Assembly (NCBI GenBank): GCA_003427395.1
Contig: BFEA01000018.1
Location: 3,499,743 to 3,557,067, forward strand
Direction: 5' to 3'
DNA from: Chara braunii
Taxonomy: Eukaryota > Plantae > Charophyceae
Length of the DNA stretch: 57,325 nucleotides
The notes under the pieces: generated by a model
Told to the model about the DNA's origin: nothing
The model's input: the letters and a program-made list of their open reading frames with translations, nothing else
Databases searched by the model: none
Translations under genes and position numbers: made by a program
Shown: positions 49,241 to 57,325 of the stretch, in pieces
How the letters are laid out: each line of letters opens with the position of its first letter
How positions within the stretch are numbered: position 1 is the first letter of the stretch

Positions 49241-50799
49241 TTAAAATGAAGGCCGTAGCCCTCATAGAGGAGTTTCCAAGGCATATTCTGCTCCAAACTG
49301 GACACCTCTCCCATAACCCAAACACAGATCACCTGTAAAAAAAAAAAACAAAAAAAAACGATAAGGGCAAGGTAATCAATGGCGGTTTGTCTGCTGCTGC
49401 ATGGGAAGTTGCACACTTTTTTTCTGGGGAGGGGCAAAATGCTCCAATCTATTCATGGGGAGCAGCATGTGCTGGGAACCGGGCCCAACGTCCCATATGA
49501 GAATTTTACAGAGCAATTTGAAGTACCGGGGCCATTAGCTGGCTTCAGCTGAGGAAAACAGATCTTAGGAATTACACTGCAAGGACCATAACCTGGCGTC
49601 ATCTGAGACAAACAGATCAAACAACTGAACTATGCTGAGAATCATGGGAGCACAACTGCACCAAGCATAATGGCTGCCTACACCCCTAACCAACTCCAAC
49701 TCCCTCCAGAGCCAAAAGGAACGGGAGAGGAAAACAACCACAACCACTTCTGCCCGAATCCGCCGTGAAGGAAGACTAGCCCCTTGCCACTATCTGCCTC
49801 CACCTAAGGACGACATAGCCCATCAACCCCGGCCTCAGAATAGTACAACCCTCAGTTACTGCTCTTACCCCCCCCCCCCCCCAAGATGCAGCAGTTCCCT
49901 CCAAGATGTTACACCCGCAGATAGGATTCCTCGCCAATCCGACAGCCAAACGAACAATACTAGATATGGAGATTGCAGTGCACAACCACTGTGGTCAACC
50001 CCTTCCCACCAGAGGAAAACCATTCCCCTGCCCTTAAACTGGCCCTGCCGAGAGAAGCCCCCCTTCTCCTCATTGGCCCCAGTTCCTGGCAGGCCCCCTA
50101 AGCGGTCACCCCTGCTCCCTCAAGAGCCTGTAGCTCCCTCCAAAAGTACGCCACCGCAAAGCAGTGGTCTCGTCTTCCCTCCATCCCACCCTCTCCAAAT
50201 GCAATAGCCCACTTAACACCTCTCCCCACTGAAAAACAGCGCCCCTTGTCTCTTCTGCCCATGCCAGGGCAATCCTACCCCATAGACCAACCCCAGCCCC
50301 ATAGAGAAAACCCTCGTATCCGACCCTACCCCCTCAAGGTTTTACCCACACCTCCCAACTTGTGTGGTCCTCGTAGAATGGGACTCCCATCCTCCGGGCT
50401 TAAGAGCCCCACCCTCAAGAAAGCATTCCCGCAAAGTCATACATCCACAAAAAACCCTCGTCCAGCAAATTGAAAAGATCCAAAAACTCATGTACAGCCA
50501 AGACCCAAACTATTGATGACGTAATTGAAGCAGGAACAGTCCGAACAACAACATAATTGACAAAATTGCATGCCAAAAATTCCGCTCAGATCAAACTGAT
50601 GACCACTCCCCCCACCAACTGTAGGGACCCAGGAGTTACTAGTTGGGAATTAGGAATTAAGAAATCCCTTTAGGGACTCAGTTATTAGTAGTTTGGAATT
50701 AAGAATTAGGGATTTCCGTTCTCGAATATCCAAATTCAGAAACTGTTGGATCAGGCCCTAATGCGAGTGACTCGCTACCTGAGTTAGGGGAGGCCTCTG

Positions 50800-51195
50800 C
50801 CGAACGCCCCCTACTGCCAGCGACACGACAGGTTTGAGCCGTTGTGGAGCGGAGCGCCGCAATCTGGTCGAATCAGCCAGTGCGCGCGTTGGTGACGACG
50901 CGAGGAACGCGGGTTGGGAAGAGGGCATGACCTAAGCAGACAGAACCAGCGGCTGGGTTGACGTCAACCATAGCTGGGGGGGGTGTTCAATCGGATTGGT
51001 GGGGAGAACGCCGCCTAGCGCCGGCGACGCGACAGGTTTGCGCCATTGTGGCGCGGAGCGCCACCATCTGGTCGAATCAGCCAGTGCGCGCGTCGATGAC
51101 GACACGAGGAATGCAGGTTGGGAAGAGGGCATGACCTAAGCAGACAGAACTGGCGGCTGGGTTGACATCAACCATAGCTGGGGGGTGTGTTTGAC
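50800..51195. repeat. ~204-bp GC-rich tandem duplication
   Basis: CGACAGGTTTG..TCTGGTCGAATCAGCCAGTGCGCGCGT..GGGAAGAGGGCATGACCTAAGCAGACAGAAC at 50826 and 51030. Confidence 0.9.
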
Positions 51196-52250
51196 CGGTG
51201 GTGCAGGTGCTGGGCATGGTGAGAAGAGGGTGCGACTAGATGGAAACCGTGGTGCCGTATTCTTGTGAGGCTCGCGATTGGAAGGTGGGAGGCCGTGACA
51301 GCGGATTGTTACTACAAATCTGCGGAGGATGGCGTTCGAAGCTTCGGACAGCGGCAGTGAGCAGGGGAAGGGAAGGCGAGTGGTGGTCCCCATCTTCTCA
51401 CAGGGCCACGAGACTAAAGACTGGTCTCGGTCGAGAAGACTGGCCCGCACAGCCATAACTCTTCTGAGTGACGACAACGATTGATTTGCAGGTAAGCGTA
51501 CATGAAGCAGGGGGAGTGTAAAGTAAATATTGGCATGGGAAAGGGGGAGAGAAAGTGAGGATAAGCAATCGACCATCAATCGACCAAGGTAAAGAAAGAC
51601 GACAAGCAGAGAGTACGGGTGAGGTCGACCAAGGAGGCGATGAATGGATGAGAAGAGTTGGGGGAACGTAAAGGAAACACCGACATGGGAAGACGGGAGA
51701 GAAGGTCAGGGTAAGGAAAGGGACATGTAGGAGGTAAGAGAGAGGTCAACGAACCGCAAAGAAGGGGAGGATGGGCAGGAAGATTTGAGGACTGGAATTT
51801 TGGAAAATTGACAAACCAAAGCGCTGAACAGTTGGGGGGGGGCGACCTCAAAGGGAAGTGAGAGAGGGGGGGCCAGTAAGGAGGAAGCGACACATGCATG
51901 CAGAACAGAGGGAGGTGATAGGAGTGGCAAAAAGAGAGGGAGACAACCCTGAGGAGGGGGAAGATAGAAGGGGTAGTAAGGGAAGAAGGAAACAAAAAGA
52001 GCACGTAGGGCCACCTCAAGGACAAGGAGCAAATTGAAGGGCTGCACGAATTGTGCTGAGGGGGAGTGAGAGTAGTTCGGAGGGGAAGAGGGAGGTGGAA
52101 AAGGGAGAAGGGAAGAGTAAGCCTGAGAGAAAGGCAACGATGAGGAACTAATACATGATTGTAGAGCCAACTTGAGGGCCCGAAAGAACTGAAGAATTGG
52201 AAAAGAAGTGAAAGAAGGGATTGGAATGTGCGGAGTAGGAAAACCAGAAA

Positions 52251-55200
52251 TGTAATGACCCGTCATAACACAGACTGAGAACACTGCTGATTTCTGAAGT
52301 TCTGCCGATGGAATGGATGCCTTGATGAGATTCCCGCGTTCTGCTGTGTTTTCTAAGTCTGTGTGTGTGTGTGTGTGTGCTTGTAACCTGCATGCCTGTC
52401 TGAATGCTTGTTGGTACGAGTGTGTGTGGGACCCGCAAGGGCACTTGCTTGTTTGGTAGGCCCGTAGGGCCGGTACTTACCTGTGGCCGTGGCATTGAGG
52501 GTTGTAGCAGGGAAAACACTCAAGTGGCGAAGCTAGCGGCCCTGAGGCCCTTGGGGTAGCGGAAAAACACTAAAGTAGGCCGGTAGGCCGATACTGCACC
52601 CCACTGCAGTTGACGTGAGGGGTACTGGAGGCCGAGCAGAAAAAGACGAAGTTGGCATTTTTAGAGTCCAGTAGCGGTAGGGTAGGTCTAGGCCGGTACC
52701 AGTCCAACCAGTCTGAGTCTAGAGCCTGTACGGGTAATATCAGGGTCTGCAATGATGTTTCCCTCCGAAACGGAGGAGGTACCGGTTGCTTGNAGAGGCC
52801 GAGCGGCCTGGAAGTCACCGCCCAAGAGGCAAGNAGGCCGCTATATCTAGAGGCGGAGGCAAGNGCTCTGCCTCATTCTTCAGTGTNCGAGTCGGGCNTC
52901 ACGCTGCTGGAGCGCTAGGTGGTGAAGCGCTGGGCACTACAGCGCTGCTGGGAGGAAGAAGCCGGGAGCTTCCACCTTGGCTATGGTGGAGCTCAGCCGG
53001 TAGGAGGAGGAGGGAGAAGGGGACCAAGGAGGAGAGTGGTAGGGTACTTACCTGGCTATGGTAGACACCATCTTCATCTCCTTGCTAGGCGCTGCATCAG
53101 GAAGGCCCCAGTGGGGGTAGTGCCGCATCAAGGAAGCTCGGACAGAGTCAGGCATGGCGGTTGAGTGGGCAGCGGCATAGCTGCGGGGNGATGACCTTGA
53201 AGTGGGGCAGCGGTATAGCTGCTTGGGGTTGTCTTTGGTACCGGAGGCTGAAGCCTCGGTTGTCCGCCATAGCCTCGGCCTGTATGTGGAGGAAGAAGAA
53301 GGGCTGNCATGGCNATGGTGGANCTCATCTTATGCCTGCAGTAGAAGTGGGATTCGGACNTTGATTCTGGTTCAGCTGTTCAACATTATTATTGNTTACT
53401 TATTGTTTGAATAAGAGAGGAGGAGATAAAGAGGAGGAGGTTGTTGAGCGAAGAAGAAGAGCTTTGTCTTTGGTCTATGCTGGAGTACATCATCTCTTTC
53501 TTCTTTCTTACTTCTTCTTCTTCTTCTTTCCCTCTCTCTCCTCTCAAGTTCTTTCATTTCTTTTGCAATTGGACGGCATTGGGCTCAAGTTCATTCATTT
53601 CTTTTCGCAATTGGACAACATTGTACTTTCTGATGATTGTGGACTTCAAAATTGGCCAGGATCGTAACAGAAACAAAAAAGAACGAATGATAAGAAAAGC
53701 TAATCTGGTCATCGACCGACTTTTAGTGTACGTGGAATAGGTTTCATCTACTGAACGGGCTGTGTGGAGGCAGACACTGCTCTGGTAACTGGTCGATTAA
53801 GCCTGGATGGCTACGGGGCGAGGTCCTTGTGAATGTTAACTTTGGGCNNNNNNNNNNNNNNNNNNNNNNNNNNNNNNNNNNNNNNNNNNNNNNNNNNNNN
53901 NNNNNNNNNNNNNNNNNNNNNNNNNNNNNNNNNNNNNNNNNNNNNNNNNNNNNNNNNCCCTAACCCTAGTGGTAAGGGCTACCACTTAGGGTTAGGGCTG
54001 GAAGTTAGGGTTAAGTGGGGCAGCGTGGTAAAGGGAAGCTGCTCCCACCTGGCAGGGCCGTGTAGGGTCGACACTAGACCCGGCCAGGTTGTTTGAGTGC
54101 ATGTTTATGGTGGCGAGACACAAGGTGGGACTTCGTGATGCAATTTGAGAGAGGCGACAGTGAAGGGCACCTACAACTTGAATCTGGACTTCAGGGAAGA
54201 CAAGGNGTGACNTTAGGGCTCCCCTCAAGTAGGCGAGCTTGAGGGTGGCAGCCATATCNNNACCTACGGACTGCAAGTTGNTGCTTTGATCTTCAANATT
54301 GACGGGGGATCCGGCTTTGTANTTTGGGGTAGATGTTGACCCTCCTAGATGATAGGACACTAGTGTAGAGGATGCTAATTGGGTCAGGAGGACTNTGTGA
54401 GAGGGGGGTGAGTTCTTTTCATCTCAAGAGCCCGGNCACTCAGGTAAGTGTCGTGCCACCAGGGTGCCCATGTGTGTGAGCATGGAATTGACTGCCTGTT
54501 GGGGTTCTCTGGGTTCTTCTTCCATCCTCCATAGTCTTGGTTGTGTGTGAGGTGTGTGAACTGCCTACTCACCTGATGAGTGAATGAATGGAGTATCTTG
54601 TTTGCTATGTGATATCTCTCTACAGTGCTTTGTTTATTTCATTCTGAACGGCGGTAGTCTACAGGTTCTTTCTGGGGCAAAATTTCGTTTTTCAATTCAA
54701 GTAGGGACAGAGTAGGTCTCTGTGGAACTCTTGTTGGTTGGGACCTGGTTCTGACTCCATTGGGACCATTTGGGACTCAGTGGGACCGGGCCCAAACAAG
54801 AAGGGCCCCTCAGGCCAAATCTGTTGACGTCAGTTACCTTGCTCTATCTGATTGGGACACGGACTTTATGCTTTNGGACNAGGACACTCGCTGCGGAGGG
54901 GATCTCCNCTGGGACNTTTTATCAGACTTTACCGCACAATCCGCCGCCTGACTCGCACCTTATACACCACTCAATTCTCTCTTGCATTTCGCTGTACATC
55001 TTGAATCTGATTTGCTGTGTTTTCACGGCGCTGAGGCTGGCTAGGCTTGGGAGGACCCCATACGTAGTCAGTCCAGACTGTGTGGTTGGATCAGATATCT
55101 CTGATCTTTTCTTTTTTTTGTTGTTTTGACTGCTCTCCAGTCCAAATGAATTGCCGCTCCGGCTAGGAGTTCTACCTTCTCTTCTGAGTGATTTCAAGTT

Positions 55201-57325
55201 GTTTCTTTCATTGGGTTCATTAATGCCTGCGTCTACACGGTCGCAAACGAGAGAGAGAGAGAGAAGAGAGAAGTTATTGAGTGTTGCTCTTGAGGGAGTG
55301 AGGAGAGGGAAGAGGAGTGTTCGTCACAACGCTGAGAGGAAGTACGGACCCCTCTTGAGAGTCTTACTGACACCCTCATCCTCCATCATGGCATCTGCAG
55401 CAGATTGGAAACTGCAGATGGACGCTGCCCCTGAGGCAGAAAAACCGCAGTATCAGTTCTTCTACGAGAAAGCCTTGAAGAGGGAGGAGGAAGAGAAAGA
55501 GAGAGAGAGAAGGGATAAGGTGCAGGCTCACGAGGCCGTCCTTAGCACCGTGTCCGCTCTGACTGATGAGGAGGTAGAAGAGAAAATGGTTCCCCTCCTC
55601 AAAGCCTTAGCAGGGGTCCAGGTTGCTGAGGACCATACTGGCCAACTCGCATAGGTGTTTAAGCAGCTCAAGGAGTTGCGCGAAGACATGGCCAAGATGG
55701 CGCAGCAGCACCGCGATCAGCTGCAACAGTTTGCTAGTTCGCAGCAGGCTCAAATCGTCTCTTCACTCACCTACCCTGCCTCCAATGTTGCGTGTCAGTC
55801 CAGTTTTGCCCCTCTGACTACGTCTACTTCTTCTCCTTCTACTTCTTCTTTTTCTTTGAGTGTGGTTAACAGCCAAAGCGGATCTGCAGCAAGTCCAGAC
55901 CCCGCTGCTGCTGCTGCTGCAGCGGCAAGTGGTGGTGAAGGGACTTCTGGAACTGTTGCAGCCCCGGGCCCGGACCCAGCAATGGCTGGGCCAGGCGGCA
56001 ACTTTGCTTTCATCGACAGGAAGGCGGCGCAGATTCCGTCCAAGTACGACGGAAAGGACGACATCGAGTCTTGGATCAGCTCTATGCGGTCCTACTTTTA
56101 TGTATTCGGGACACCCCCGTCCACTCAGTCGTCTATTCTGGGGACCAATGTGGAGCCCGTCGTGTGGGGTTTCCTAGAAACCCAAGCTGTCCAATCAGGC
56201 TATAAGAGAATAGACCTGAACAACTGGCTGAAGGCTACGCCTACTACCGCACTTGAGGATCTCTTGATCAAGCAATATGCTGATCCACATGCTGCAGCTA
56301 AAGCAAGACTCAAGCTTGACAAGCTGAAGCACAGCAAGTGGACCGGCACCATGCACAGTCTGCAGCAGTACGTCAGTAAACTCTTTGCTACTCCGGATCT
56401 GGAGATGACTGCGCAGTCTTGTTTGGATGTGATAAAAGGTACGGTCCCCTCTACTCTAAAAGATCGCCTAGGGCTCGGGCTCAGCGGATACACAGATTGG
56501 CTTACCCTCATGCGGGACTTAGTCAAACTGGAGGCACAAGACCTCCCGGGTGGATCTAGTGGCAAAAAGGCCACCAGCCACAAACGGTTTCCAGGCAGCA
56601 ACCGTTTTGCAGCACATGATCTGCTTGAGGCTAACGAGGAGACCCTCATGGATGAATCTTCTCTTGATGACGATCAAGAGCAAGACTGCAGGGCATCTTG
56701 CTCTTTGTCAGCCCATGAGTCTGAGTGTATAAATGACGATGAATCTATGAATGCCTTTAAAAAGACTGCCTTCAAGAGTAAGGGACCGAGGACCACGATG
56801 AAGAACAACACTAACACTATCCTTCTTCCCAAGGGAGCAAAGATTCCACCAAAACCGGAAGATCTTGCCACAAAACCATAGGTAGATCTTCGGATGAGTG
56901 AAAGTGAGTGGAAGAACAGGGCGAAGAGAGGAGTTTGCCTGCATTGCACCAAACCGGGACACTCAGTCCAACACTGTTTCAGATTGCAGCAGGGAAACCA
57001 GCAACGGGGGTAGAGGCATCATCAGCACACTCTACTGATGGAGAGGCTTAACATGTAAGTACAGATTCTTCTTTGGATTCTGATCCCACTCAGCAAACCT
57101 CTCCTGAAACCCCATCTGATGCTGATTCCAAGGTTGAGAAGATCCATATCCTTTACAAGGAGCCTTGGGCAGAGTCGGAAGAAATTGACTTTCATTCTTT
57201 GTTGATGCGCTGGGCTCACATGAAGCAAGAACGCGCGCAAGGGAGAACGAAGTTGATCTTCTTCAAACTCTACATTAATGGCCGTTACATCCGTGCGTTG
57301 GCTGATTGTGGTGCAACCGCCAACT
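52251..57325 (+). mobile_element. Ty3/Gypsy element: probable long 5' LTR, gag, start of protease; continues past the window
   Basis: TGTAATGACC start at 52251 (tentative), then gag and protease motifs. Confidence 0.8.
55388..57325 (+). pseudogene. gag (stops at 55652 and 56879) and start of aspartic protease
   Basis: IPSKYDGKDDIESWISSMRSYF (capsid-like), CLHCTKPGHSVQHC knuckle near 56937-56976, IRALADCGAT at the window end. Confidence 0.88.

Noticed and set aside
53958-54013. Telomeric CCCTAA/TTAGGG repeats
   Set aside because: Only a few scattered copies next to a gap within presumed LTR sequence.

Overview
Eukaryotic, repeat-dominated nuclear DNA. The TE repertoire, the streptophyte-type mitochondrial insert and the very long TE-filled intron suggest a streptophyte alga such as Chara (inference). 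One host gene is supported: a two-exon, probably secreted or membrane-anchored protein with two tandem bacterial-type alpha/beta-hydrolase (Abhydrolase_5-like) domains. Domain 1 lacks the nucleophile Ser; domain 2 has an intact Ser-Asp-His triad. Its exons (23059-23817, 42787-43905) are split by an 18,969-bp intron holding a tRNA-SINE array, an rps12-rps7 NUMT, an L1 LINE, a decayed chromovirus with a nested hAT element and MITEs, and an intact type III hammerhead ribozyme followed by a sequence complementary to its own core. The left end is a decayed Ty3/Gypsy element with an extra ~1,130-codon Gag-like ORF downstream of integrase, fused to a truncated Naiad/Chlamys-type Penelope-like RT. The right end has L1 remnants sharing a covarying 3' RNA hairpin and the start of another Gypsy element. 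A Nextera mate-pair junction adapter at 44810-44847 marks an assembly artefact. All calls come from reading the sequence; no searches were run.
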